IMG/VR virus record: IMGVR_UViG_3300029288_000097
Coordinates: 32,001 to 96,000 of that record
Reading direction: 5' to 3' (one strand)
DNA: 64,000 nucleotides
Origin: a virus
Lineage: Duplodnaviria; Caudoviricetes
Position numbers and translations under genes: made by a program. Of this stretch, positions 29,411-39,417 are shown piece after piece (position 1 is the first letter of the stretch; the number at the start of each line of letters is the position of its first letter). A model generated the notes under the pieces. The model worked only from the letters and a program-made list of their open reading frames with translations. It did no database searches and was not told the DNA's origin.

Positions 29411-29446
29411 TGAGAGCAGGTAATTGTACCAGATTACCTGCTCTCA
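29411..29446 (+). promoter_or_regulatory. 14-bp perfect hairpin containing a CAGGTA-ATTG-TACCAG site, just after the extended -10 TGCTATACT
   Basis: TGAGAGCAGGTAAT-TGTACCAG-ATTACCTGCTCTCA. Confidence 0.6.
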
Positions 29447-29467
29447 ATTCATTTAGGAGGCATCAAA

Positions 29468-29983
29468 TTGGCTAAAGAAGAGAAAGACACAGCTGTAAAA
29501 CCGGAAAAGAAGTTCAAGTGGGATTCTACCTGTCTTGAACGCGATGAGTGCGAGATTGATCTGCGCAATGCTGATTCTAATGGACGGCCCTTTAAGTTTC
29601 TTGAGCTGTCACGCACTCCACTACTGAAGTTTGTTGAAGAGTGCATCGACCGGGAGTTTCTAAATGAAAAGGGTGAGCGTGAAGAGTTCACCAAAATTGC
29701 AGACTCACAGTTGGATGTACTTTGCCGGTATTTCTCAGAATCTACCAAGACCCCGAGTTTGGTAGTAAAGGGTGACTATGATCCCACAATGGATAAAAAT
29801 TACAGGTCACCTGAGTTCTTCAAAGAATTAGACATTACAGCTCGGGTATTCGGCGACCTGATTGAACAGTTCTTCAATGTGCAGCATCTTGAGGAGATAC
29901 TGTCAACGGGGGGAAACTGGCTGATGATTCCGACCGTCAGACGGGTTCAGAGACAGACGGAATCAGAAGACGCCAACAACTAG
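29468..29983 (+). CDS. Tail assembly chaperone (gpG analogue), TTG start
   Basis: AGGAGG RBS; lies between tube and tape measure. Confidence 0.85.
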   Translation: MAKEEKDTAVKPEKKFKWDSTCLERDECEIDLRNADSNGRPFKFLELSRTPLLKFVEECIDREFLNEKGEREEFTKIADSQLDVLCRYFSESTKTPSLVVKGDYDPTMDKNYRSPEFFKELDITARVFGDLIEQFFNVQHLEEILSTGGNWLMIPTVRRVQRQTESEDANN

Positions 29984-30315
29984 ACTCATCCTCGATCCCA
30001 GGTAGTGATTTTGCTGGAGTAGTTGATTGTATTACAGGTGATAAAGGCTGGTCATTAGAATATGTGCTCAGTCTTACATTTAGGCAAATAGCAACCTTAT
30101 GGGAACGCTACTGGGATCGAACTATGTGGAACCTGAATCAACAAGCCCGTCTTGGTGGTTTAGGATTGCTTGGTGGTCTCGGCAGTAGCAGCTCTACCGA
30201 TAATACTGAATCAGCCAATACCCAAAAAGTGATCGATGCGACATCAGATGATGGTGTGGCAGAAATGGTTGGTTTAGGACTTCCTGTGAAGTTCATACCA
30301 GCCCAAGAGGGTTAA
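29468..30315 (+). CDS. Frameshifted tail assembly chaperone (gpGT analogue)
   Basis: The -1 frame after 29917 reads LADDSDRQ...KGWSLEYVLSLTFRQ... and joins the track ORF 30064-30315 without a stop. Confidence 0.88.
29911..29917 (+). other. Programmed -1 frameshift slippery site G GGA AAC
   Basis: In-frame X XXY YYZ heptamer; the -1 frame is open from here through 30315. Confidence 0.9.
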
Positions 30316-30322
30316 GGTTACT

Positions 30323-33300
30323 ATGCGCATACCAATTGAGATAGATTCATCTGCAGTATCTCCAGGATTACGGCAAGCCGAAAATCTTGTTGATAGTGCA
30401 ATGGCTCGTATGCAAGCTCGAATCAATGCCGTCAAAGGCCCGTCCTTCGCTGGAGGAGCCGGAGGCGGTCTTGGTTTGGCTACTGATCTACGTCTGGCTA
30501 ATAAAGAGGTCAGTGGCATTGCAAAAACGCTCACTGGTATGGGTAGCCTTACTACAGGACTTGGAATAGGTGCAGCAGTCGGTGGAGCTGCACTGCTTGA
30601 ACAAAGTCTCGAACGATCTATCCGCAAGGCAAAAGAGTTTCAAACGGCTACATTGGCTATCGCGGCCACCATGGGTTCTATCGGCGAGTGGAAAAGTGGA
30701 CCTGGTGGCAAAGCTCTAGCTCCTGTTCAGCAAAACCAACGTAATATGTGGGAAGCTGAAAAATACAGGATGAAAATACTTGAGCGATCAGCCAAAAACA
30801 TCCTCACATTTGAAGAACAGCTTAGTGCTTTCCAAGCAGGGCTTTCTTCAGGTGCTCGAAAAGGTTTGAATCCTGACCAGATCATGAAGTTGACCGAGCA
30901 AACTGCCGTAGTTGCTAAAACTCTCGGTTTGCGCGGTGAGCAGATTGCAAACGCCTCACGTCTTATGATGGGTGGTGGTGTCAATATTGCACGTTCTACT
31001 ATAGGACGAGCTTTAGGTATCACCAATGCAGATATTGCTACCCGACAAGGACCAGAACTTGCTAAGTTTCTTAACCAACGCATGAAGGGTTTTGAAGCGA
31101 TGCAGGGACAGTTCGAGAACTCCATAGAAGGTTTAACCTCTACTCTGGAAGCTAAAATTGATGTACTAGCTTCCAGAGTTGGTGAAAAGTTCTTCAAGGG
31201 CATTGCACCTACAATGAAACAGATCGGGTTACTTGGTGAACCTGATCGTTCTGAGTATCGCTCTGATGCTGAATATAAGAAAGCTGTAGCCAGCTATCAG
31301 AAGCAATCACAGACAATGGATAAAGTTGTCGGAGCTGCTGCTGAAGCATTCAATGGTCTTTTTGAGGGAGTAAAAGGTGTCGTAGAATCGGACACATTCC
31401 AGACTCTACTCGAAGTGCTTGTACAGATAGCCAAGGTATCGAAGACTATTATGCTGGCAGCTATTTTCAGCAAAATAGCTGGTGCTGTCGGAGCTGCTAC
31501 TGGTGCTCTTCAAAAGTTTCTAGCTATGGCCCGTAGTGTAGGCACTATAGGTGGTGGAGGTGGTGGAACAGGTGCCAGTGGCATCATGCCAGCCGACATC
31601 GTAGCCAGTGTCTTGACAGGTGGTGGTCGTGGAGCCAGAGGTGTTGGTGCCCAAGGTCTTGGAGCTGAATTAGGTTTAGCTGGTTTTAGTGGAGCATCTG
31701 CAGAAGATGTTGCACGGCGTTTTGGTGTAAACCCAGAGGCCAAATATGCCACTCGTATGCGCCAGGTTCGAGGTATAGTTGGTGGTCGTTCTGCTATGGC
31801 TGAGGCAATGGTTATGGCTCTCGGCTATGGTGCTGCGGGTCTACCTCAAACTCAACGTTATGGTGCCAATTTCTCAGCTGAAGTAGAAAGACAGGCAAAA
31901 ATTGCCGGTAAGCGTGACTACTACAGTATCAAAGGTGGTATACGTGGCCTAAGCGAAGAGGAAGCTGTTCTCTCGAATAGATCACAATTTCTTGGTGGAA
32001 CTGAACGCCAAGCTGCGATGGAACGATTAAATGCCATCAATATGGAAAAGATGGCTCTCGCGCAGCAAATGACAATGATACCTTATGCCTCTCTTCCATT
32101 TGCAGGTAAGATGGGCCGTCGTTGGAGTGGATTCACTGGACATGCACAAGAAGCTCTTCCTATTGCTATGCTTGGCCTTATGGGTGGTCAGATGGCAAAA
32201 GACATCATTCCTGGCACAATAGGAGATGTCATAGGGAATGTTGTTCAGGGTGGCTCTCTCGGATATTTAGGTAAAGGTATCAGACCAGGTTTAACTACCA
32301 AAGGTGCTGTTGGAGCTGGTGTTGTTGCTGGTATTGGCTCAAGTCTTGTAGACTACTACCAAAAGAAGTCTATGGAAGACTTGAACAAAGGCACTACAGG
32401 TGGGCAATATGCAGGCATGGCTCTTGGCGGGGCTGCTAAGTGGGGTGCAGCTGGTTTTATGGTTGGTGGCCCTCTGGGAGCAGCTGCCGGAGCCATCGGT
32501 GGTGCTGTACTTGAGCCTCTTATCTCTTCTATGAAAAAAGCACAAGCTCAAGCTGAAGCTTCTGCTAAAGCTCTTGAAGAGATGTCTGCCAAGTTCCCAC
32601 AGGCAGCTCAAATCACAAAAACCAGTCAACAAATACGTAATATAGATAGACAATTACAAACAGGCCGGAAACCAAGTACAGAACGTGATCCAAATTGGTT
32701 TGCACGTCAGTACTGGGCTTTATCTGGTTGGATGGGTGCACCTGTTAAAGTAACGGAACCCGGTCGAAAACTCACAGCAGAAGAACAGAAAGACTTAGCT
32801 GCTCGCCGTGATGCTCTAAAAACTCGCCGGGAGCAAGAACGTCAAGTTGCAATATTTGAAGGCGATCAGGGACTCACTGAAGACCTGAATAGACGCAAAG
32901 CACAACTCGATCTCATTTCCCAGTATGGTGGAAAGAGTATCGATACTCAGATGCGCATTGCAAAGCTTCAAGCTGAGTATTCAGCAAAATCTCTGGAAAA
33001 AGACAAAGCTCAGATTCCAGTTGATTTCAATATGGAAGCATTCGGCAAGCGCATGAAAGACAAGAGTAATCCTCAATATCAACAGTGGCAGAAGGAATAC
33101 CAAAAGTGGCGACTCGGACGCACAGATGAAGAAATCAAAAATGGCAAAGCTGATTATGCTTCATTTATCTCATCCAAAGCTGACGAAGAAGTAAGGAAGC
33201 TGCAAGAAGCAGCCTTACCCGCTCTTAAAGCAGAAGTTCGTGCAGCAGGCGAAGCTACTGTTAAGTCACTACAGCTACAGTCAGGTGCTATGCAAGCTGC

Positions 33301-35107
33301 CGGACAAGATCGAGGATCACTGGCAGCTTATAAAGAATATCAGGCCAGCCTTTATGAAAAAGCTCCTTTATTCAAGGGTGGCATGGGTAGCACTGAGTTT
33401 AAGCAATATCAATCTGGCATGCTCGGTCAGTATAAGCGTGACCTACGAGAACAATATGATGTTGGTATGCTCGGGCTGCAAAGCAATAACTTGGAACGTA
33501 CTAAGTTAGGGCTTGAACGCACACGTCTACGTGAGGATGTATCACTGAAACTTTCTCATCTTCAGTTAGATGCACAGCGTATCGACATTACCGGCCAGCA
33601 GACTCAACTTGAATCAAGACGACTTAATCTGCAGGGACAACAACTCGATCTCACAGGCCAAAAGCTCGGTTTACAAGCTCAAGCCTTACAAGATGAACGT
33701 GCTCAAACTCTTTTAGGTATCGCTAAGGGTCAGCAATCGATGAAACGGGTTACCGAAGATTATCAGATTGCTAAGCCTGAAGCACAATTGAACTATCAAG
33801 GGGCTCTTCTCAACGAGCGGAGAGCCAACATATCACCACAACTATTTTATGGTAATCTCGGCCCAACATCAGAAGCCGCAAGTGCTATTCGATATAAGGT
33901 TGAAGCTGAGTTTGCCAGTAAGTTTGATCCTGGAAAATATGAATCTGCTTATCGAGAAAGTCTGAAGATTCAAGAAGAGCAGATGGGTGTTGATAAGCAG
34001 CTGGCCGAACAAAATACAAAACGAGCTGCTTTAGGGCTTGATCGTGTTGAAGAGGATTATGCTTCTGCAATGGCCGATCTAACTGTTCAGCTACGTGGCA
34101 TGGAACGTCACATGGCTGAAATTGGGATCAGCGAAAAAGAGAATGCAATCGCTCAAGAAAGTAACAAGATCGATAAAGATGAGAATGCACTTGCGAAAAA
34201 GGGTGTGACTCTTAAAGAGCAGGAAAACGAACTTGCTAAGAAAGAGAATGCTATCTCCCAGCAACGCACTGTGCAAGATGCCCAAATCACCGATAAAGAG
34301 CTTGCCATTAAACAGAAGAGTTTAGACATCCAGGACAAAAAACAGCGGCGTGATATAGGTGAACTTGGTAAAACACTCAAAGACATTGGTGGCACAAATA
34401 TACCAGGTTTACCAGGCGTTGGTGGTGTTCCGACCTTGACTGGAAAACTGCCTACTGGAGTTCCTACAGGTAGTCCACAATTCACCATGCCTGCTGGAGT
34501 TCCTGGAGGTATGGGTGGTGCACCAATCAAGCCTGGACAAACAATTGATATGGGTGGTGGAGTAAAAGCTATTGCCAAGATGACCACTGATGGCAAACTT
34601 ATGTTTGAGGGTGCCAACGGTTATTCCATTATGGATCAGACTGCCAAGGGTAAGTTTGTAAATGCTCTTGAATCTGGAAATGTTGGTGAGGCACTTAATC
34701 TCAGCAATCCGACAATGACACAGGCTAAACTCGAACGAATAAGTTCTCTCCCTGAGCTTGGTCAAAAGTTCGGACTTGAAAATACAGCCATACATGCTGC
34801 ATATGCTAAGCCACTTGGCTCTAAAAAAGACTGGGAGCGTGTGCGTGAATTGATGGATAACGGCATGACCAAAGAACAGGCCAGCCAACAAGTTATCAAT
34901 TCTAATGCTCAACGTGCTTATCAAGATGATGTTGCTAAACAAAAAGCGGCCTCTGGTGGTGGTAGAAAAGAAATGGGTAGCATCACAGTTAATGCACCAG
35001 TCAGTATAACATCAGAACAGAAAATTGATCCATCATCTCTTCGCCGAGACTTTGAAACTTGGCTTAATGATTGGTGTAAGACTCAACAACTGAAAGGAGG
35101 CGGCTAA
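30323..35107 (+). CDS. Tape measure protein
   Basis: 1594 aa, Ala/Gly-rich and helical with heptad repeats; directly follows the chaperones. Confidence 0.92.
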   Translation: MRIPIEIDSSAVSPGLRQAENLVDSAMARMQARINAVKGPSFAGGAGGGLGLATDLRLANKEVSGIAKTLTGMGSLTTGLGIGAAVGGAALLEQSLERSIRKAKEFQTATLAIAATMGSIGEWKSGPGGKALAPVQQNQRNMWEAEKYRMKILERSAKNILTFEEQLSAFQAGLSSGARKGLNPDQIMKLTEQTAVVAKTLGLRGEQIANASRLMMGGGVNIARSTIGRALGITNADIATRQGPELAKFLNQRMKGFEAMQGQFENSIEGLTSTLEAKIDVLASRVGEKFFKGIAPTMKQIGLLGEPDRSEYRSDAEYKKAVASYQKQSQTMDKVVGAAAEAFNGLFEGVKGVVESDTFQTLLEVLVQIAKVSKTIMLAAIFSKIAGAVGAATGALQKFLAMARSVGTIGGGGGGTGASGIMPADIVASVLTGGGRGARGVGAQGLGAELGLAGFSGASAEDVARRFGVNPEAKYATRMRQVRGIVGGRSAMAEAMVMALGYGAAGLPQTQRYGANFSAEVERQAKIAGKRDYYSIKGGIRGLSEEEAVLSNRSQFLGGTERQAAMERLNAINMEKMALAQQMTMIPYASLPFAGKMGRRWSGFTGHAQEALPIAMLGLMGGQMAKDIIPGTIGDVIGNVVQGGSLGYLGKGIRPGLTTKGAVGAGVVAGIGSSLVDYYQKKSMEDLNKGTTGGQYAGMALGGAAKWGAAGFMVGGPLGAAAGAIGGAVLEPLISSMKKAQAQAEASAKALEEMSAKFPQAAQITKTSQQIRNIDRQLQTGRKPSTERDPNWFARQYWALSGWMGAPVKVTEPGRKLTAEEQKDLAARRDALKTRREQERQVAIFEGDQGLTEDLNRRKAQLDLISQYGGKSIDTQMRIAKLQAEYSAKSLEKDKAQIPVDFNMEAFGKRMKDKSNPQYQQWQKEYQKWRLGRTDEEIKNGKADYASFISSKADEEVRKLQEAALPALKAEVRAAGEATVKSLQLQSGAMQAAGQDRGSLAAYKEYQASLYEKAPLFKGGMGSTEFKQYQSGMLGQYKRDLREQYDVGMLGLQSNNLERTKLGLERTRLREDVSLKLSHLQLDAQRIDITGQQTQLESRRLNLQGQQLDLTGQKLGLQAQALQDERAQTLLGIAKGQQSMKRVTEDYQIAKPEAQLNYQGALLNERRANISPQLFYGNLGPTSEAASAIRYKVEAEFASKFDPGKYESAYRESLKIQEEQMGVDKQLAEQNTKRAALGLDRVEEDYASAMADLTVQLRGMERHMAEIGISEKENAIAQESNKIDKDENALAKKGVTLKEQENELAKKENAISQQRTVQDAQITDKELAIKQKSLDIQDKKQRRDIGELGKTLKDIGGTNIPGLPGVGGVPTLTGKLPTGVPTGSPQFTMPAGVPGGMGGAPIKPGQTIDMGGGVKAIAKMTTDGKLMFEGANGYSIMDQTAKGKFVNALESGNVGEALNLSNPTMTQAKLERISSLPELGQKFGLENTAIHAAYAKPLGSKKDWERVRELMDNGMTKEQASQQVINSNAQRAYQDDVAKQKAASGGGRKEMGSITVNAPVSITSEQKIDPSSLRRDFETWLNDWCKTQQLKGGG

Positions 35108-35478
35108 TGTCAGATGTAGTGCTTAATGGCATCACTCTTCCATGTGATCCTGACGATCTAAACTTCGGCGGGAAAAAACGTGGAGCCGTCTTTAAGACTA
35201 TTGATGGTGGCATAGTAGTCCAGGATCGTGGATTTAACACAGGTGACCAAACAATTCAATTGAAAGGTCGTCTCACTGGAAACTCCATAGTTCAGGCTCT
35301 TTATGCTTTATATAGAAGTACCGGTACCACATTCTCGTATACCGACTTCAAAGGTAACTCAGCCACGGTTGTATTTACCCCTGGAGCCGAATCTCTGCGT
35401 GTACGTCCTATTAAAGGCTCGAACACTGGTTACGAATATGAAATGTTCCTCACCGTAGTTTCTGGCTCAGTGTTTTGA
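35107..35478 (+). CDS. Distal tail (Dit-like) protein
   Basis: Immediately after tape measure; KTIDGG.VVQD and I.L.G motifs. Confidence 0.7.
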   Translation: MSDVVLNGITLPCDPDDLNFGGKKRGAVFKTIDGGIVVQDRGFNTGDQTIQLKGRLTGNSIVQALYALYRSTGTTFSYTDFKGNSATVVFTPGAESLRVRPIKGSNTGYEYEMFLTVVSGSVF

Positions 35479-35526
35479 CGAACGGTATTTCTTGTGCTAT
35501 ATTAAGATAGCTGGGAGGCATACCAC

Positions 35527-36483
35527 ATGAGCCAGAAACACACCATACTCCTTATACGTCAACGTCCTGCTTTCGGCGATGCTTTACTTCTCGGCCCACT
35601 TATCCGTACTATCAAAAATATCTACCCCACCAGCACGCTTACAGTAATGACCGATTCAACCTATATGGCCGGAGCATTACCCTTAATCTTTCGAGGAGTT
35701 CCTGGTGTAGATCGCGTAGAATGTGTTCCAAGTCTTGAATGGACTACAGACAGCAATAAATGTGTTGATCCTATTCTACGAGGTGCAGGTATTGAGGCTC
35801 CTTATAGTGTGACACACGCTAATCTCGTAATGGATTGCAATGGAGCTTATATGGCTTTTGAAAGACAGTATGGTGGAGATATACCATACGGCATCCAGGA
35901 GTTCTGGCTTAAGCATTTCAATTACTATGATAGTACCATCGATCTTCGCCCCAAATGGAACATTCCTGCCACTGCCTTAGAAGCTGTAGATGAATGGCTG
36001 ACCTCTGTAAATCTACAGAATAAACCTATGGTGGGTATTGTGTTACGAGCCGGTGATAAAGTTAGAGACTGGAATTACAGTAAACACTCAACTGACATTG
36101 CCGATTGGCTGCATACTAAAGGTATATTACCAGTTGGTATCGATCCATTTATAAATCTTCGTTCGATCTATGGTGTCTCCTGCATCGGACGCCAGCTTGA
36201 CTTTGTAGCTGCTCTCATACAACGTTGTAAAGTGATCCTTACACCTGACACAGGGTTATTACACCTCGCAGAAGCCGTAGGAACGCCTACAGTGGGCCTC
36301 TGGGGTATTATGCGACCAGAACTAAGGGTCGCAGGCTATCGCTGCAATATCGTGCCAAAAACAAGCTTAGGGCAATGTGACCAGCAAGGTTGCCCATGTT
36401 GTAGCTGGAAGTTCCAACGCTGGTCATGTCTCAACAAAATCACACTCCCTATGATTCTTAATGGACTTCGAGAAAGTCTATAA
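35527..36483 (+). CDS. GT9-like (heptosyltransferase-type) glycosyltransferase 1
   Basis: AFGDALL.GP.IR.IK..YP, TPDTGLLHLAEAVGTPTVGLWG and a C-terminal Cys cluster. Confidence 0.9.
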   Translation: MSQKHTILLIRQRPAFGDALLLGPLIRTIKNIYPTSTLTVMTDSTYMAGALPLIFRGVPGVDRVECVPSLEWTTDSNKCVDPILRGAGIEAPYSVTHANLVMDCNGAYMAFERQYGGDIPYGIQEFWLKHFNYYDSTIDLRPKWNIPATALEAVDEWLTSVNLQNKPMVGIVLRAGDKVRDWNYSKHSTDIADWLHTKGILPVGIDPFINLRSIYGVSCIGRQLDFVAALIQRCKVILTPDTGLLHLAEAVGTPTVGLWGIMRPELRVAGYRCNIVPKTSLGQCDQQGCPCCSWKFQRWSCLNKITLPMILNGLRESL

Positions 36484-37217
36484 TGATGAAAACCAGACCT
36501 ACGGCTACACTCACGGAGCCTCAAGTTATTGAAGTTCTCCGTAGACTGGATGCAGGTGAATATCAGCATGTCATTGCCAAAGATTATGGTGTGAGTATAA
36601 AAACGATCAGTCGTATAAAGACTGGCGAAACATGGAATGAAGTCACACAACGTTTTCGTTCTAAGCATCCACTGGCAAACATAACACAACCTATTATTCG
36701 ACTGATGCCGGTAAAAGCTGAAACTATTGATACCATCGATACTGTAATAGCCATCAAAAATCATTTTGGTTTTGACTTTGCACAGCCGATTCACTGGGGA
36801 TGGTTCGATGGGTGGGATGGTTTACACGCTATTGCCTCTGATGGTATCATACTTTGGGAGTCCACTGATCTTGTACATTATGCACAGCATTTAGCTGAAT
36901 CACAGATAGATGCCCACCCTGTTTGGGCAAATAGAGCAGAAGAACTTCCGACATTTGATCTTGAAGACATCATGACCCTTCCTGTAGGAGACAAGTTTGA
37001 TATAGAATTGGAAATCGATGGTATTGCAAAACTAACCTGTAATAAGCACCAAGCATTCATCCAACAACGATTCATAAATATAGCTCGTAAAATGAAATTA
37101 GACATTCGGGTGGCCGGTAAGCAAGAACACTTCGTATATCTTACCAAACAAAAACCTAAGTCACCCTTGAACACTGTGCATGTTGTAATAGCATGCCTAG
37201 CGACAATGACCGATTAG
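36483..37217 (+). CDS. HTH DNA-binding protein with a C-terminal alpha/beta domain
   Basis: LTEPQV.EV...L..GE.Q..IAKDYGVS.KTISRIKTG.TW HTH. Confidence 0.75.
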   Translation: MMKTRPTATLTEPQVIEVLRRLDAGEYQHVIAKDYGVSIKTISRIKTGETWNEVTQRFRSKHPLANITQPIIRLMPVKAETIDTIDTVIAIKNHFGFDFAQPIHWGWFDGWDGLHAIASDGIILWESTDLVHYAQHLAESQIDAHPVWANRAEELPTFDLEDIMTLPVGDKFDIELEIDGIAKLTCNKHQAFIQQRFINIARKMKLDIRVAGKQEHFVYLTKQKPKSPLNTVHVVIACLATMTD

Positions 37218-37228
37218 GAGGCATCAAA

Positions 37229-37501
37229 ATGAATGAAATCAGTGACGGAAGTGGAGGATTCCCGGAAGGAGTCCCTATCAAGACAGAGAAACTTGGCACA
37301 GAGCCAATCCAACGCTCAGTAGCCAACCAGACCAAGGTAAATGGCATCAAAGACATGCTCACCTATGTTATCAAGGAAGAAGAGATCGACGCTTTCTTCC
37401 TTGAGTTTATGGGCACAGCAGCCAAGATGGGGTATCGTCTCCAGGCTGAACCCAAGGTTCTACTCGCTCAAATCGACAAAGCAGCAGAGGCAGGCGCGTG
37501 A
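37229..37501 (+). CDS. Hypothetical protein
   Basis: AGGAGG RBS; GTGA overlap with the next gene. Confidence 0.7.
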   Translation: MNEISDGSGGFPEGVPIKTEKLGTEPIQRSVANQTKVNGIKDMLTYVIKEEEIDAFFLEFMGTAAKMGYRLQAEPKVLLAQIDKAAEAGA

Positions 37502-38508
37502 CAGCTCGAAAACCTTACGTTCTCGTAGTTAGGCAACTCGGAGGCGTAGGTGACGTTATTATGCTGAGCTGTGTGTTCCGGGGACTACGTGAAAAGTACC
37601 CGGAACACACAATCAAATATGTAACAGCACACATCTACCTTGGAGGAGCCCTCACTGACATTGCTGACCACAATCCTTATATCGATGAAGTTATCTGGAT
37701 TGAACCATACGAAGGTTGTAGTTTACGAACACGGGAGGTATGGGGTCAATACTATGGTGGCTGTCCTCCAATCGAAAATGAAGTGTTGTGGCAAAAAGCA
37801 GACTTGGCCGTTTGCTTAAATACCCCATGCGTAGACTATGAATGGGAACATATGCACGATAAAGCTGTAGAAAAGCCTCGATACCAGATATGGTGTGAAG
37901 CAGCTGGAGTTGTGCCAAGTTCATATGCTCCAATCTATCGAATAACTGACGAAGAACGCTTAAAAGCTCATAAAGTATTCGATGAACGAGGCTGGACAGG
38001 TCAACGTGTAGTTGGTGTAGGCATCAATGCTTGTGATCCAAAGCGCGGAGTTGCTGCCGCAAAAACTCAGCAAGTATGTGTTGGACTGCAAAAAGCCGGT
38101 ATCATACCAGTTACTATCGACAATAGTATGTCCATTCCTGGTATTCAATCAATCATAGGACATCGATTACGTGATCTAATTCCCTTACTTGAGTTAATGG
38201 ATGTTGTCGTGTCTGTCGATAGTGGTCTGATTCATATGGCCGGAGCTGTAGGCACTCCTGTAGTCGGTTTATTCGGGCCAACAGACTATCGAATGCGCAT
38301 GGGAAACTACCTTGGTAGTGCAACAGATAGTCGAACACTAATGCCTTGTGCACCTTGCTGGTATACATTCCAGTGCCGAAAAGACATCAATCCTGCCCGG
38401 CATGTGGAATGCCTACAAAAAATAACTCCAGAGTGTATAATAGAAGAGACATTACGTTGGGTAGACAGAGGCCGAAAAGTTCCACTTAATGAGGCTTCTG
38501 TGCTATAA
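37498..38508 (+). CDS. GT9-like (heptosyltransferase-type) glycosyltransferase 2
   Basis: GGVGDVIM, NPYIDEV, SVDSGLIHMAGAVGTPVVGLFGPT and CAPCW...C...C. Confidence 0.92.
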   Translation: MTARKPYVLVVRQLGGVGDVIMLSCVFRGLREKYPEHTIKYVTAHIYLGGALTDIADHNPYIDEVIWIEPYEGCSLRTREVWGQYYGGCPPIENEVLWQKADLAVCLNTPCVDYEWEHMHDKAVEKPRYQIWCEAAGVVPSSYAPIYRITDEERLKAHKVFDERGWTGQRVVGVGINACDPKRGVAAAKTQQVCVGLQKAGIIPVTIDNSMSIPGIQSIIGHRLRDLIPLLELMDVVVSVDSGLIHMAGAVGTPVVGLFGPTDYRMRMGNYLGSATDSRTLMPCAPCWYTFQCRKDINPARHVECLQKITPECIIEETLRWVDRGRKVPLNEASVL

Positions 38509-38515
38509 TGAACTT

Positions 38516-38890
38516 ATGGCATCTCAGATAGAATTACAAGATGATACCGGCACAAGTATAACCAACTTCGACTTCGGTGCCATTGATGGTGGAGACGATC
38601 TTGAGATCAAGTTCTACGTCAAAAATATAGGCGCGACATCTGCAAACTCAGTTCGAGTTTATGCGCAGCGTCTTTCTCAGAATGATGGAATTGATCTCAT
38701 ATTGATGGCCTTCGATAATGGAGGTAATCCCGGCTCCTACATCAGCACTCTGTCAGAAGGACTTGCATTCGGCACAATAGCTGCCGGAGAATCACAGCCG
38801 TTTTGGATAAAAGTAACGGTTCCCACAGGCACGACTCCTGCCGGAAACCCAAGACTTTTCAACATAATGGTCGAATACACAGGAACGTAG
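38516..38890 (+). CDS. Ig-like virion protein, probably leaderless
   Basis: DFGAIDGG, FYVKN.G, FWIKVTVP; TGTGCTATAAT ends 6 nt before ATG. Confidence 0.7.
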   Translation: MASQIELQDDTGTSITNFDFGAIDGGDDLEIKFYVKNIGATSANSVRVYAQRLSQNDGIDLILMAFDNGGNPGSYISTLSEGLAFGTIAAGESQPFWIKVTVPTGTTPAGNPRLFNIMVEYTGT

Positions 38891-38902
38891 GAGGAATACA
38901 CC

Positions 38903-39406
38903 ATGCCTGCAACCTTTGCATGGGCACAAACAGTCGGTGCACCACCCGGAACCAGATCATCTTTAGGTTCGACCGGAAACTTGGCGAACTTTAAGAATAT
39001 CGATTCCGTTGGAACCAGCGACTATGCAACTCACCCGATCCCAGCGGGTAACAATTCGTATGAAGTATGGCTGCAAGGCTATTTCAGTGGAAGTTTCAAC
39101 TTCATCTATGATCTTCGATTCTGGATGTCAACAGACTTCTCACCGAATACGGGCTTGACTGTTCGAGCAAATATGACACAGCAAACATTCGCGCAGCCAA
39201 CCAATGCAACTTCATCCATTGCTACATCTACGATTGGCACCAGCGATCCGGGAGCTGCAAATGTCTCCATAGGCGGGAGTCTTAACTCTTCGTTGTCGAG
39301 TAGTGGTTATACTGACTACCTCGTGCTGCAACTGCAGACAACAACTGCGGCTGCCGCAGGAGATACATCACTCGCAACATTCTCTCTGTCCTATATCGAA
39401 ACCTAA
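38903..39406 (+). CDS. Ser/Thr-rich beta-sandwich virion protein
   Basis: GGAGG RBS; NSYEVW and TDYLVLQL motifs. Confidence 0.7.
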   Translation: MPATFAWAQTVGAPPGTRSSLGSTGNLANFKNIDSVGTSDYATHPIPAGNNSYEVWLQGYFSGSFNFIYDLRFWMSTDFSPNTGLTVRANMTQQTFAQPTNATSSIATSTIGTSDPGAANVSIGGSLNSSLSSSGYTDYLVLQLQTTTAAAAGDTSLATFSLSYIET

Positions 39407-39417
39407 AGGAGGCATAC

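Noticed and set aside
35527-38508. T4-style DNA glucosylation system
   Set aside because: The enzymes are GT9-like rather than T4 alpha/beta-glucosyltransferase-like, and no dCMP/dUMP hydroxymethylase or TET/JBP gene is in the window; not fully excluded because the genome is incomplete
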